A DNA stretch of 64,000 bases. It comes from Fimbriimonadia bacterium (lineage in GTDB: Bacteria; Armatimonadota; Fimbriimonadia; Fimbriimonadales; JABRVX01). The notes under the pieces are model-generated. The model did not search any database. It saw only the letters and a list, made by a program, of their open reading frames with translations, and had not been told where the DNA came from. The position numbers and the translations under genes were made by a program. This document shows, in pieces, positions 9,780-20,044 of this stretch (positions are counted from its first letter, which is position 1; the number at the start of each line of letters is the position of its first letter). The DNA is taken from the NCBI GenBank assembly GCA_041483895.1, contig JBGPGO010000001.1, positions 384,001 to 448,000 on the forward strand, in the 5' to 3' direction.

Positions 9780-11209
9780 AGCAACGCCTCGCGAACCACT
9801 TCCCTATCGTCAAAGTGGATTCTTGTATCACCGGTGATCTGATAGTCCTCATGTCCTTTGCCGGCGACAACGACGAGGTCTCCCGCCCGGGCCCCGGAGA
9901 TGGCGCGGCTTATGGCCTGGCGGCGGTCGGGCTCCACTTCGACCGCCGCCATGGCGCTAGGAGCGACCCCAGTTAAGATGCTATCGATAATCTTCTGCGG
10001 GTCCTCGGTTCTTGGGTTGTCCGAGGTGATGACAACCCGGTCAGCAAGTCGTGCGGCGATGGCGCCCATCTTCGGACGCTTGGTAGCGTCCCGATCCCCG
10101 CCGCAGCCGAATACCACGGTCAGCCTGTCCGGATGCAGATCGCGGCAGGCCTCAAGCAGCTTTTCGAGCGCGTCCGGCGAGTGGGCGTAGTCAACGATAA
10201 CGTGAAATCCCTTGTTGGTGGAGACTCCCTCGAATCGCCCTGGAGCGGGGAGGGACTTTGCAAGACCGGCGGCGATTTGGCTTGGCGTCAACCCAAGACT
10301 GTGGCAGGTCGCGGCGGCGGCCAGCGCATTCTGCACGTTGAAACGGCCGCCCAAAGGAAGAGAGACGTCAACATCTCCGGCGGGCGTCAAGAGCCGCATT
10401 TCGATACGCGTTGCCGTAACCTTGACGTTGGAACACCGAATGTCGCCTTCGTTAAGGCCGAATGTCACGAGCCTTCCCCTCACTTCGGTTGCCATGCGTG
10501 GGCCGTACAGATCGTCCAAGTTGATCACCCCGACAAAATCCTTGTTTCCGCCGAATTCCGAGAACAACCGGGCTTTCGCGGCAAAGTAGTCATCCATATT
10601 CTGATGGAAGTCGAGATGCTCGGGCGTTAGATTTGTATAGGTTGAGGCGTCAAACTTGCACCCATCGGCCCGGTGGAGAGCTAAGGCGTGGGAGCTGACC
10701 TCCATCACGAGACTATCGCAACCGGCTTTGACGGCCTGCCGCATCATCCGCGCCAAATCGTGCGCCATCGGCGTCGTGTGTCCGAGATCGATGTACTCGC
10801 CGCAAATATTCGCACCGAGCGTGCCGATAAGAGCGCATCGGCTGCCGGCCTCTTGCAGAATCGCCCGAATCAGGTGCGTCGCTGTGGTTTTGCCATTGGT
10901 GCCGGTGACCCCAAGCAGCCGAAGCTGCGATGAGGGATCGCCATAGAATCTATGCGCGATCTGCCAAACCGCTTCCTGCGCATCCGGGACCTGTACCCAG
11001 GCCGCGTCGAAACCGGTCGGACATGGCAGTTCGGACACCACAGCCACCGCCCCAAGCGCCATGGCCTGCGGAACAAAATCGTTCCCATCCACCCGCGCGC
11101 CCGGGAGCGCGAAGAACAGCGCGCCCGGCGAGACGCGGCGCGAATCGCTGACCAGGTCGGTCACTTCGACCATCGAGGCCACGCCGGGTACCAGATCGCA
11201 AAGATGCAT
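9776..11209 (-). CDS. murE: UDP-MurNAc-dipeptide--meso-diaminopimelate ligase
   Basis: GTNGKTT, EVSSH, DYAH, GGDRD, DNPR (DAP-type motif) and AGKGHE; TGATG coupling with ftsI. Confidence 0.95.
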   Translation of the reverse strand: MHLCDLVPGVASMVEVTDLVSDSRRVSPGALFFALPGARVDGNDFVPQAMALGAVAVVSELPCPTGFDAAWVQVPDAQEAVWQIAHRFYGDPSSQLRLLGVTGTNGKTTATHLIRAILQEAGSRCALIGTLGANICGEYIDLGHTTPMAHDLARMMRQAVKAGCDSLVMEVSSHALALHRADGCKFDASTYTNLTPEHLDFHQNMDDYFAAKARLFSEFGGNKDFVGVINLDDLYGPRMATEVRGRLVTFGLNEGDIRCSNVKVTATRIEMRLLTPAGDVDVSLPLGGRFNVQNALAAAATCHSLGLTPSQIAAGLAKSLPAPGRFEGVSTNKGFHVIVDYAHSPDALEKLLEACRDLHPDRLTVVFGCGGDRDATKRPKMGAIAARLADRVVITSDNPRTEDPQKIIDSILTGVAPSAMAAVEVEPDRRQAISRAISGARAGDLVVVAGKGHEDYQITGDTRIHFDDREVVREALL

Positions 11210-12987
11210 CAGTGGACATCCGCCATTGTAGGAGTTAGACGCCACCGCGTCACCAAATAGCTCGCGATCTTCTTGAATACCGGCGCGGCGACCTGGCCGC
11301 CGTAATATCCGTTTGTCGGTTCGTCGAGCAAGATCAGCACCGATACCTTTGGCCGGCCGTCAACCGGCACCACGCCGAAGAAATAGGAATCGTAATAGTG
11401 ATTCGACACCTTGTGCGTGGCGGGATCGACCCGCTGCGCGGTGCCCGTTTTGCCGCCGACATGAAAGCCCGGCACCGCCGCTTGGCTACCAGTTCCCCGC
11501 TTATTTTCAACCACCGACATCAGCATCTGCAGCACTTCCCCGGCCACTTTTTGGCTGATGACCTGTTTTCCCTTCCGTACAGGCACCGGTTGTGACCCAA
11601 TCTGCGAGATGAGGCGAGGAAAAACCACCTGCCCCTGGTTGGCGATGGCGTTGCAGCCGGTCAGCAGGCCGAGCGGAGTCAGCGCGATGCTTTGCCCGAA
11701 ACCGGTCACCGCCAATTCGTGCTGCGGATTGCCCCATTTCTCGATGGGCGGCAGCAGGCCATGCACCTCTCCAGGCAGCCCTATGCCCGGCTTTTCCAGA
11801 CAGCCGAAATTGTGTATATAGCGGACGAAGGTCTCCGCGCCCATTCTCTGCGCATACTCGCCGGCGGAGAGATTGCAGCTCACAGTCATCACCATCGTCG
11901 GGTCCAGTTGGCCATGCGCGCGGGTGCCATGATGATTGTCGCATCGGGTCGGTCGTCCGCCAAATTCGCGAATCCCCTTGCAGTAGGTCGGCGTATCCAT
12001 AGTGATTGCTCCGCTATCGAGCGCGGACGCGATCGTCACCACTTTGAAAACTGATCCCGGTGGAAAAACGAGACTCACAGCGGAATCTCGTAGCGGCGAG
12101 GAGTTGGCGGTCTTATATTTTTTCGCAAGAGCATCTTTGGGGCTGTTCGGATCGTAGTCCGGGAGGCTGACCATCGCGAGAATATCGCCGGTCTGCGGTT
12201 CCATCACGATCGCAACAGCGGTGGAAGGCTTATGCTTTTCGTATGCCTCCTGGAGCGCTTCGGTAACCGCCTGCTGAAGCTCCAGATCGATCGTCAGGTG
12301 AATATCGTCGCCGTGCTTCGCGGGCACACTCTTCAGGCGGTGGGTCGAAAGGACAAATCCGCTGCCGTCCGTCGGTCCTTCCACGAGGCCCGCCGTGCCG
12401 CCGAGAGCCTTTTTCTGCGAAAGCTCAATCCCCTCCCACGGTTCGCCATGATCGTTCACAAATCCCAATACGTGCGCAGCCAACCGTCCGTTCGGATAGG
12501 ACCGATCCATTTCCGCTTCCAGCGAAACGCCATCGGCCCGCCAGGAGCGCGCAATGTCTCGAATCCGGTCCATCTGCGGCTTGCTGAGGTCCGTGGCAAC
12601 GACCAGATATCCTGTGCCGTTTCGAAGAGCTGCGCTAAGGTCCGCCGTCGGCAGATTGGCAGCGCTCGAAAGATCCGCGATGAACGCGGGCGAATCCGTG
12701 CACCGGGCGGGATTGACACTTAACCGATACGTTGTCTGAGTGATAGCGAGAGGCCGGCCCTCCCGATCGTATACGCCACCACGCTCCGCAGGCAGCGTGA
12801 TTCTGGTGGCCAGCAGATCGCGCGCGCGCGATTCGTATGAGGCGTGTTCCGTGATCTGCATGCTCCACAGCTTTGCAACAACGGCGCAAAGGCCGAACGC
12901 CAGCAACGCGATCAGCCAATAGCCGCGTTGCTGGACGGCGGAGACACCCTTTCCGTTAGTCGCCACCGCCGGCTCCGATCGATGCAT
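11209..12987 (-). CDS. ftsI: Class B penicillin-binding protein (FtsI/PBP3)
   Basis: N-terminal TM, RG.IYDR-type dimerisation domain, SxxK (SVFK), SxN (SCN) and KTGT motifs. Confidence 0.93.
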   Translation of the reverse strand: MHRSEPAVATNGKGVSAVQQRGYWLIALLAFGLCAVVAKLWSMQITEHASYESRARDLLATRITLPAERGGVYDREGRPLAITQTTYRLSVNPARCTDSPAFIADLSSAANLPTADLSAALRNGTGYLVVATDLSKPQMDRIRDIARSWRADGVSLEAEMDRSYPNGRLAAHVLGFVNDHGEPWEGIELSQKKALGGTAGLVEGPTDGSGFVLSTHRLKSVPAKHGDDIHLTIDLELQQAVTEALQEAYEKHKPSTAVAIVMEPQTGDILAMVSLPDYDPNSPKDALAKKYKTANSSPLRDSAVSLVFPPGSVFKVVTIASALDSGAITMDTPTYCKGIREFGGRPTRCDNHHGTRAHGQLDPTMVMTVSCNLSAGEYAQRMGAETFVRYIHNFGCLEKPGIGLPGEVHGLLPPIEKWGNPQHELAVTGFGQSIALTPLGLLTGCNAIANQGQVVFPRLISQIGSQPVPVRKGKQVISQKVAGEVLQMLMSVVENKRGTGSQAAVPGFHVGGKTGTAQRVDPATHKVSNHYYDSYFFGVVPVDGRPKVSVLILLDEPTNGYYGGQVAAPVFKKIASYLVTRWRLTPTMADVH

Positions 12988-13417
12988 ACGACTTCACATT
13001 GTCGTCATTGAGCCCTTTTGTCGGCCGAAGAGTTACGAGAGTTGCCGCGCGAGTCATCCCGTTCTGCTCCGCCCATGCGGCAACGCGCTGCGGCGCGGCA
13101 AGCTGATCGACGGAGGCGGTCAACGTATCGCTCTTGGACAATTCATGTTGCAGCTGGGACTTGATCCGCACCGACCGTTGACGGGTCGATTCCAGCATGA
13201 ATGCTCCCAGCAGACTGTAGGCCATGTAGAAAAGAACGAGCCCGACGACACCCCATGCCATTAATCGCAAAACCGGCTGCCCTGCCGATACGGTTTCGGT
13301 GCTGGCGCGGCGCTTACGGGGTGCGACATAAACCCGGTTATCGGTCACCGGCTGGGTTCGTCGAACAACATATTTGGTTTCGCCTTTCGGCTTGATTGGC
13401 GCTAAAACGGCTGACAT
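12956..13417 (-). CDS. ftsL: Probable cell division protein FtsL
   Basis: Single TM plus coiled coil ending in QRVAAWAEQNGM; sits between rsmH and ftsI. Confidence 0.7.
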   Translation of the reverse strand: MSAVLAPIKPKGETKYVVRRTQPVTDNRVYVAPRKRRASTETVSAGQPVLRLMAWGVVGLVLFYMAYSLLGAFMLESTRQRSVRIKSQLQHELSKSDTLTASVDQLAAPQRVAAWAEQNGMTRAATLVTLRPTKGLNDDNVKSYASIGAGGGD

Positions 13418-13432
13418 CTTCCTTGATCCTTC

Positions 13433-14371
13433 CTACGCGGCGATCCGTTCCGCCGCTCGCAATTTGGCGCTCCGCGATCGCGGATTGCGCTCGATCTCTT
13501 CCTTCGATGGCGTAACCGGCTTCGGGGTCAACACCTTCAAGAATCGCTCTTTGCCACACCTGCATTCCAATGTCCCACGCGGGCAGACGCACTTTCCGGA
13601 CAGCTTCTGAAACGCATGCTTCACCTCCCTGTCCTCCAGTGAATGGTAGCTGAGCACCACCATCCGGCCGCCCAGCTTCAATGTCCGGGCCAGCTTTTCG
13701 ACCGCCCCGCTCAAGCCCTCGATCTCACGATTGACCGCGATCCGGATTGCCTGAAACGTGCGCGTCGCGAAGTGAATCCGTTTCTCCCTTGCGCCGAGCG
13801 GTACCGCCGCGGCGACTGCTTCCACAAGGTCCTTCGTCGTCCGCATGCGTCCGCGCCGTGCCGCGATCTGCTTTGCGATCGCCTTCGCCCACCGATCCTC
13901 TCCGAACTCTTTTATGATCCGTTCCATTTCCCGCTCATCCATCCGCGCCAGCATTTCTTCCGCCGTCTCGCCCTTGCCGCGGTCCATGCGCATGTCGAGC
14001 GGGCCATCCATCCGAAACGCGAACCCTCTTTCCGCCTCATCCAAATGGGCGGACGAAACACCCAGGTCAAGGAGTATGCAATCGGCGAGCGGGTATCCAA
14101 AGTTTCCCAACTCTTCCGGGAGATGCCTGAAATCGCAATGCACGAACTGCATCCTGCATGGCAGTGCGGAGAGCCGCTCCTTGGCTCTTTTCAACATCTC
14201 CTCATCCCAATCTGCACCCAATATCATCCCTGTGGGACCTATCGCCTTCCCTAGCAAGTCTGCGTGGCCGCCGAGCCCCAGCGTCGCATCTATCACCGTA
14301 TCGCCTGGCGACGGATGCAGGAAGTCCATGACCTCCTTTGGCATCACCGGCTCGTGGCCGAAATTCGTCAT
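13433..14371 (-). CDS. rsmH: 16S rRNA m4C1402 methyltransferase
   Basis: HEPVM, DATLGLGGH, DLGVSS, PLDMRM, YHSLEDR and NPRSRSAKLR motifs. Confidence 0.97.
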   Translation of the reverse strand: MTNFGHEPVMPKEVMDFLHPSPGDTVIDATLGLGGHADLLGKAIGPTGMILGADWDEEMLKRAKERLSALPCRMQFVHCDFRHLPEELGNFGYPLADCILLDLGVSSAHLDEAERGFAFRMDGPLDMRMDRGKGETAEEMLARMDEREMERIIKEFGEDRWAKAIAKQIAARRGRMRTTKDLVEAVAAAVPLGAREKRIHFATRTFQAIRIAVNREIEGLSGAVEKLARTLKLGGRMVVLSYHSLEDREVKHAFQKLSGKCVCPRGTLECRCGKERFLKVLTPKPVTPSKEEIERNPRSRSAKLRAAERIAA

Positions 14372-14847
14372 TCGTTCGCCGTGCGCGGGCTCATCCGCTC
14401 GAATACGGCGAAGCTCTTCTCTTTGTAACCGGCCGGATCGTCGCGGTAGGCTTCATACTCGGACCGGTTCCATATCTCCATCCACCCGCCCGTCCGCCAC
14501 ACGATCACGACGTCTGTGGCCTTGTCGATCTGGGATTCCTTTCGGTAGTCATCCCGGATCGTCAAGCGTCCGCTGGGATCGAACTCCAATCCCTGCCGCG
14601 CGACGGAGAAAACGTGCTGATCCAATCGCTCCCGGTCGCCCTCGTTCGAACAGCCGTTCATCAGCTCTTGCATGTACCGGACAAATGCGTCGTCCCGGTA
14701 GCAGCGGATCTCTCCGAGCATTCCGGTGGTCATGGTAATGCGGCTGCCGAGCGCCTCCCTCATCGGTTTGGGCACCAGGACTCTTGCCTTCACGTCGGTC
14801 CGGGCGAATTCCCTTCCCAACAAGAGCGGGTCGTTTTGCCGCGCCAT
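14368..14847 (-). CDS. mraZ: Transcriptional regulator MraZ
   Basis: Two DxxxR motifs (DVKAR, DPSGR) and MEIW; GAGGAG SD; first gene of the dcw cluster. Confidence 0.88.
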   Translation of the reverse strand: MARQNDPLLLGREFARTDVKARVLVPKPMREALGSRITMTTGMLGEIRCYRDDAFVRYMQELMNGCSNEGDRERLDQHVFSVARQGLEFDPSGRLTIRDDYRKESQIDKATDVVIVWRTGGWMEIWNRSEYEAYRDDPAGYKEKSFAVFERMSPRTANE

Positions 14848-14863
14848 GTCCTCCTCAGTCGTC

Positions 14864-14899
14864 TCCACTTCTTGCCCCTGATTGCCACAAAATGCCACC
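14864..14899 (-). promoter_or_regulatory. MraZ-binding direct repeats (dcw boxes)
   Basis: Minus strand reads GTGG-N6-GTGG-N6-GGGG-N6-GTGG with exact 10-bp period just upstream of mraZ. Confidence 0.75.
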
Positions 14900-15110
14900 A
14901 GCGGTTCGATAATCATAGTCGATTGGGACACGCAAGTCAAGCGGTTTGTGAGAAAAACATGAGACTTTTTTTAGAATCTAAAAGAACGTGGGGGTTTGTC
15001 TACTATTTCTACGTGGACTTATGTTAGTAGACGAATATATACATGTTTAGCTATTCTATGTTTGGCTTTTAGTAGACACGAGCATTTGTGGCATTTCGTC
15101 CCGCAATTCT

Positions 15111-15224
15111 CGTAACGCTGGCATCCTGACGGCCCGACCGCAACACTTCCGGCGTAACGCCGGCATCCTGCCGGCACGATCAGCAACATTTCTGGCGTAA
15201 CGCCGGCATCCTGCCGGCACGATC
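15111..15224. repeat. Three tandem REP-like units GTAACGCCGGCATCCTGCCGGCACGAT, period 42-43 bp
   Basis: Copies start at 15112 (degenerate), 15154 and 15197; GCCGGCA-TCC-TGCCGGC hairpin; linkers resemble each other. Confidence 0.8.
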
Positions 15225-15228
15225 GGCC

Positions 15229-15260
15229 AAAAAAATGCCCCGGATGGGTTCCGGGGCATG
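15229..15260 (-). terminator. Intrinsic terminator
   Basis: ATGCCCCGGA-ACCCA-TCCGGGGCAT followed by a T tract on the minus strand. Confidence 0.75.
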
Positions 15261-15512
15261 CGGCGAAAGGGAGGGAGGAGAAAGTAGTATCCCGTTGCGG
15301 TGGTAGAATCGTCGCCCCACTGCGCCCTGCCGCGGAGCCCGCGTCCCTCGCCTTCGCCATAAATCAAGTGCTATCCTGTGCCGCGAACCTTCTTCCCCGT
15401 TTGCAGTCCAAGCCCACAAGCACCCGTGCGAGGGAGGCGAGGATCAAGTAGAAATGGTGTGGTACGAGGGAAGCCCTCCCCTTTTTCCGGCCCCTCAAAT
15501 CTTGCTCAGCGA

Positions 15513-15572
15513 TGTGTTCGGGTTCACTCGGCCTGACCACCCCGGCCCGCCGCCAACCAAGACCTGAACACA
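15513..15572. repeat. Hairpin repeat family A (GATGTGTyGGGGT...GACCCCrACAC, about 60 bp)
   Basis: TGTGTTCGGGTT...GACCTGAACACA; same length and flanks as copies at 44655, 49279 and 61407-61663. Confidence 0.7.
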
Positions 15573-15593
15573 AGGCGTCACTAGCGTCCAATA

Positions 15594-15616
15594 CCTTCAC
15601 AGTCGCACTGTGAAGG
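15594..15616. repeat. Palindrome family C (CCTTCACAGT-CGC-ACTGTGAAGG), possibly the acs terminator
   Basis: Perfect 10-bp stem right after the acs stop; related copies at 44838 and 44879. Confidence 0.65.
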
Positions 15617-15619
15617 ACC

Positions 15620-17572
15620 CTATTCCTCCCCGTACTTCTCCTTGAGCGCCGCGACGACGGCGGGATCGGCCAGCGTCGTGGTGTCGCCCAACGCCCTACC
15701 CTCCGCCACATCGCGCAGCAGCCGCCGCATGATCTTCCCCGACCGCGTTTTTGGAAGTTCGGCGGAAATGATGATATCGTCCGGCCGCGCGATCGCCCCG
15801 ATCAACTTACCCACATGCTTCTTCAGCTCGTCGACCAATCCATCCGATCTTTCGACGCCGGACTTCAGAATAACGAACGCCGCGACCGCCTGCCCCTTAA
15901 TAGGATCGTCCTTGCCGATCACCGCCGCCTCCGCCACCGCCGGATGGTCCACCAGCGCCGACTCGATCTCCATCGTCGAAAGCCGGTGTCCCGCGACGTT
16001 CATCACGTCGTCCACCCGCCCCAGCAGCCACAGGTACCCGTCGTTGTCTCGCTTGGCCCCATCGCCCGTAAAGTACAGACCCGGATACTGCGACCAGTAT
16101 TGCTCGACGTATCGCTCCGGGTCGCCATAGATTGTCCGCAACATGCCGGGCCACGGCCGCGTCAGGACCAAGTACCCTGCCTGCCCGTTTGGCACGCTCT
16201 CGCCTGCGTCATTGATAACATCCACGCCGATCCCAGGGAAAGCGCGTGTTGCGGACCCCGGCTTGGTCGAAGTGATGCCCGGCAGAGGGGTGATTAGTTG
16301 GTGTCCGGTTTCCGTCTGCCACCACGTATCCACGATGGGAATCCTGCCGCCGCCAATGTTCTCGTGGTACCAGATCCATGCTTCGGGATTGATAGGCTCG
16401 CCGACGGTCCCCAGCAATCGCAGCGATGAGAGATCGTGCTTGCCTGGATACTCTTCCCCCCATTTCATAAACGCCCGAATAGCAGTTGGAGCGGTGTAGA
16501 GTATGTTCACGCGGTACTTCTCCACGATCTCCCAAAATCGGTCCTTGTCCGGCCAATCCGGCGCCCCTTCATAGATCACGTTGGTCGCACCGCAGGCCAT
16601 GGTGCCATAGATCACATAGCTATGCCCGGTCACCCATCCGATATCGGCGGTGCACCAATACACGTCCTCGTCCTTCAGATCGAACACCCACTTCGAAGTG
16701 GCATAGGCGCCAACCAGATAACCGCCGGTAGTATGTACAATCCCTTTCGGCTTTCCAGTCGAACCGCTGGTATAAAGTATGTATAAGATATCTTCGCTGT
16801 CCATCGGCTCCGGATCACATGTGAGCGCCGCGTCTGCCATCGCCTCATGCCACCACACATCGCGGCCTTCCACCATGCGCGTCTCGATGGCGGCACCAAC
16901 GCGCTCGTGCACGATCACCGATCGCACATTGGGACATCTCTCCAGCGCCTCATCCACCGCCAGTTTCAAATTCACGATTTTCCCTCGCCGATACCCGCCG
17001 TCTGTCGTGATCACCACCCGCGCGTCGGCATCGGTGATTCGATCCACCAAACTCTGCGCGCTAAAACCGCCGAAGACCACGGAATGCGGAGCCCCAATCC
17101 GGGCGCAGGCCAGCACCGCGATGCACAGCTCCGGCGTCATGGGCATGTAGATGCAGACCCGGTCGCCCTTGCGCACGCCCAGCTTTTTCAGCACGTTGGC
17201 CATTTTGCAGGTCTCGCGGTGGAGGTCCCCGTAGGTCAGCACCTTCTGGTCGCCCGGCTCGCCCTCCCAGATGATGGCGGCCTTGTTCTTGCGCCAGGTC
17301 TTCAGGTGCCGGTCCAGGCAGTTGACGGTGGCGTTGATCTTGCCGCCGACGAACCACTTGGCGTGCGGCGGGTCCCATTCCAGAACCTTCTCCCATGGCC
17401 GGAACCACTCCAGCTCGTTGGCGAACCCGGCCCAAAACGCCTCGGGGTCCTTTTCGGCGATTTCATAAATATTGGGATCATTAACATTCGCCAGGCGCGC
17501 GAATTCCGGGTCCGGCGGGAAAAGCCGCTCTTCCTCCAACAACGCCTCAATCTTCTGGGTCTCCACCGACAT
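15620..17572 (-). CDS. acs: Acetyl-CoA synthetase (AMP-forming)
   Basis: [34 protein letters not shown] and [12 protein letters not shown] motifs; AGGAGG SD. Confidence 0.97.
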   Translation of the reverse strand: MSVETQKIEALLEEERLFPPDPEFARLANVNDPNIYEIAEKDPEAFWAGFANELEWFRPWEKVLEWDPPHAKWFVGGKINATVNCLDRHLKTWRKNKAAIIWEGEPGDQKVLTYGDLHRETCKMANVLKKLGVRKGDRVCIYMPMTPELCIAVLACARIGAPHSVVFGGFSAQSLVDRITDADARVVITTDGGYRRGKIVNLKLAVDEALERCPNVRSVIVHERVGAAIETRMVEGRDVWWHEAMADAALTCDPEPMDSEDILYILYTSGSTGKPKGIVHTTGGYLVGAYATSKWVFDLKDEDVYWCTADIGWVTGHSYVIYGTMACGATNVIYEGAPDWPDKDRFWEIVEKYRVNILYTAPTAIRAFMKWGEEYPGKHDLSSLRLLGTVGEPINPEAWIWYHENIGGGRIPIVDTWWQTETGHQLITPLPGITSTKPGSATRAFPGIGVDVINDAGESVPNGQAGYLVLTRPWPGMLRTIYGDPERYVEQYWSQYPGLYFTGDGAKRDNDGYLWLLGRVDDVMNVAGHRLSTMEIESALVDHPAVAEAAVIGKDDPIKGQAVAAFVILKSGVERSDGLVDELKKHVGKLIGAIARPDDIIISAELPKTRSGKIMRRLLRDVAEGRALGDTTTLADPAVVAALKEKYGEE

Positions 17573-17743
17573 TGCATGCACCTCCTAGAGTCGGCCCCAT
17601 TCTACCGCCACCGACCCACGGAGGAAGTGAAGTCCTTCGGTGACTCGCACCGATGCCCAGGCGATTCATGATCATTCCAATCGTTTGAACCGACCACCGC
17701 TGACCGCCGGGTAGAATTGCTCAAAGTCTCACTCATGGTGTTA

Positions 17744-18601
17744 ATGATGTCTGATGGCGAAGAAATCAAGGCGGTGGGTCCCCTCGTAGTGGCAGGCGAA
17801 CTCGCAAAGGCCGGATATGATGATGCCGTAAAGCCACTGGCCAAACAGATTGGCCAAACTGGGGACACTTTGGGACGAGCAATTAACGTGCTGCTCGGAC
17901 CACTTCGCTTGCTCAATATTGGCGGCGAACAGTTTTTTGGGTGGCTGGAATCTCGGCTGCAAGAAAAACTGAAAGACATTCCAGCGGATCAACTCGTGTC
18001 TCCACCGCCAAACGTCTCGGGCCCGACAATCTTGGCGCTGGCATTCACCGTTGACATCGAAGAGCTTCGTGAAATGTTCCTGCAATTGCTCGCGACAGCA
18101 ATGAATTCTGAAACAGCGAATAGGGCGCATCCGTCTTTCATTGAGACAATCAAGCAAATGACGCCGAACGAGGCTCAAATTATCAGATACATGTACGAGA
18201 ATAGTTGGGCTGTACCAGCGATCACGATCCGCTCCATTCAAGGGCCAATAGTTCGGCTAAACGTCGAAGGATCGCCTGGGCGCGATGTGCTTCGCCACTT
18301 CACGATTGTCGATGAGGACGCAAAGTGCATCTGCAGCGTAGAACAAATCCTCTGCTATGTTGGCAATTTGGAGCGACTCGGAGTAGTCGAGATTCCAGAG
18401 ACGATGTCCTTCTCCGACAAGTCCGTATATGACTCGGTCGAGGGACACGAATACGTCCGCCAAGTAATGGAGGCCGTCAAAGCGCAGGGCGCTGAACCTG
18501 TAATCGTGAGAAGGATGATCCAATTGACTAATTACGGAGCGGAGTTCTGCAAGGCATGTATCCAGGGATCTATATGGCGCATGGCAGATCAAGAAATATG
18601 A
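17744..18601 (+). CDS. DUF4393 / Abi-alpha-like protein
   Basis: LREMFLQLLATAM...AHPSFIETIKQMTPNEA, NLERLG and LTNYGAEFCKAC resemble DUF4393; lower GC than its neighbours. Start uncertain. Confidence 0.7.
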   Translation: MMSDGEEIKAVGPLVVAGELAKAGYDDAVKPLAKQIGQTGDTLGRAINVLLGPLRLLNIGGEQFFGWLESRLQEKLKDIPADQLVSPPPNVSGPTILALAFTVDIEELREMFLQLLATAMNSETANRAHPSFIETIKQMTPNEAQIIRYMYENSWAVPAITIRSIQGPIVRLNVEGSPGRDVLRHFTIVDEDAKCICSVEQILCYVGNLERLGVVEIPETMSFSDKSVYDSVEGHEYVRQVMEAVKAQGAEPVIVRRMIQLTNYGAEFCKACIQGSIWRMADQEI

Positions 18602-18664
18602 GCTTGCTTTCCCATAATAGGCTTGGAACTAGACGTGATTGTTGAGGAATCCAGGAGGTTCATC

Positions 18665-19375
18665 GTGAGCAGATTGGTCGCCGTTTGCCCAGCCGTCGCA
18701 TTGGTTATCCTGGCAACAACTTTGGTTGCTGGCTGCACCATGAGTGACGGCGCACCCGATGCAAAGAAGACTGCAGCCGCACCGGTCGAGCGCGAATCTC
18801 CACCGGAGAGCCGCCCCAGGGTAAGCGACGAATCCAGACCGCAAGAATTGGTCACTATGGCGAAGTTCAGCCAAATCCAAGTGGGTATGAGCTACAGGAG
18901 GGTTGTCGATATCATCGGTGAAGGTGGGGAGAAAGTTCTAAGCACCTCAATGGCTGGACCCAATTCAACATTGTACCAATGGAAGGATCCCGACGGTGGA
19001 GAAATGCATGCCGTGTTCCAAGATGGCAAGCTCGTGAGCAAATCACAATCCGGTCTGAAAGGCAGTGCGACCACTGCTGGGGGGCCGTCCAAAGCCAAAT
19101 CGAGAATTCCAAGAAGGAACGTCATCGGCACTTGGTCGGATGACAGCATCGCCGAAGGGTGCATATTGACCATCTACCAACAACATGGAAAGACGATGCT
19201 CGAGATGCGAACCGATAGTGGCAACGTTGGATACCGGCCACTGATTGCGCGCAACCGACGACGATATGATGTGATTGCTTCTGCCACCGGAGACCGCTAC
19301 GTCATCGCTCCCAATGGCAAACTCGAAATGCGCGATAACATGGGGCTAATCGGCGTTGCAAGGCGCCTGAGATAG
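18665..19375 (+). CDS. Lipoprotein with DUF3862/BLIP-like domain
   Basis: AGGAGG SD and GTG start; lipobox LVAGC; KFSQIQVGMSY..VVDIIG..YQW..FQDGKLVSKSQ. Confidence 0.65.
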   Translation: MSRLVAVCPAVALVILATTLVAGCTMSDGAPDAKKTAAAPVERESPPESRPRVSDESRPQELVTMAKFSQIQVGMSYRRVVDIIGEGGEKVLSTSMAGPNSTLYQWKDPDGGEMHAVFQDGKLVSKSQSGLKGSATTAGGPSKAKSRIPRRNVIGTWSDDSIAEGCILTIYQQHGKTMLEMRTDSGNVGYRPLIARNRRRYDVIASATGDRYVIAPNGKLEMRDNMGLIGVARRLR

Positions 19376-19515
19376 CAAGATCTAATTAGTTCCCCGATGG
19401 CTCCGATCGCGCTAGCCAACAATGCACGGAGGCGGCCGTATCCTAATGTGTCGTAGTTTCGGAAGTGATATCTACTATGCCATCTGGCAATATCAGGTGC
19501 TTCTTACACCTTTGG

Positions 19516-19674
19516 TCACCGCTCATTCCGCATACGGTAAAGCTCGTCCTTGTTGTCAACCGGCTCGCCGAGCGCGTTGTAAAGCCGCCCGCATGCCTCG
19601 TTCACGCACTCATAGCCAATAACGTCACCTGAACAAACAGGATCCATAGGTTCATCGCAATTAGGACAATTCAC
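19516..19674 (-). CDS. Small zinc-ribbon-like protein (52 aa)
   Basis: MNCPNCDEPMDPVCSGDVIGYECVNEACGRLYNALGEPVDNKDELYRMRNER; TAGAAT lies 6 nt before the GTG (leaderless pattern). Below the ORF-track cutoff. Confidence 0.55.
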   Translation of the reverse strand: MNCPNCDEPMDPVCSGDVIGYECVNEACGRLYNALGEPVDNKDELYRMRNER

Positions 19675-20044
19675 CAGTGGATTCTACCCGATGCGCCGCG
19701 GTGTCCGACTCAGGCGCAATCACTCCCCGGGTCTCTGACCGGATGAACCTCGGCCCGCCGATCCCCAATGCCCTGCCCTAACACGTCACATCCACCTTCT
19801 ATCCCTCAACTGGTCCTCTTTACGTTGACAAGACGTGGTTTACACTTCTGACAGGACATTCTTGACACTTTTGCCAAGAGGAGAGGATGCCATTTATGGG
19901 AAGTATCGAGCAGCAGTGGGAGCGAATGTTGAGGAATGCAAGCCAAAACTTTTCTAATCATGCCTTCCTGGGCATCATCTGATTAACCCATACCGGAGAA
20001 CGGTTAGTGTCCACACTCTTGGGCGCAATTCAATCCGTCCGCAA

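Noticed and set aside
15111..15224. Possible mini CRISPR array
   Set aside because: Linkers are only about 15 nt and resemble each other; no cas genes in the window.
15450..15487. T-box-like GGTGTGGTACG motif
   Set aside because: Imperfect antiterminator and no downstream gene on that strand.
19887..19982. 31-aa ORF with SD (MPFMGSIEQQWERMLR...), possible HicA remnant
   Set aside because: Similarity is too weak to support.
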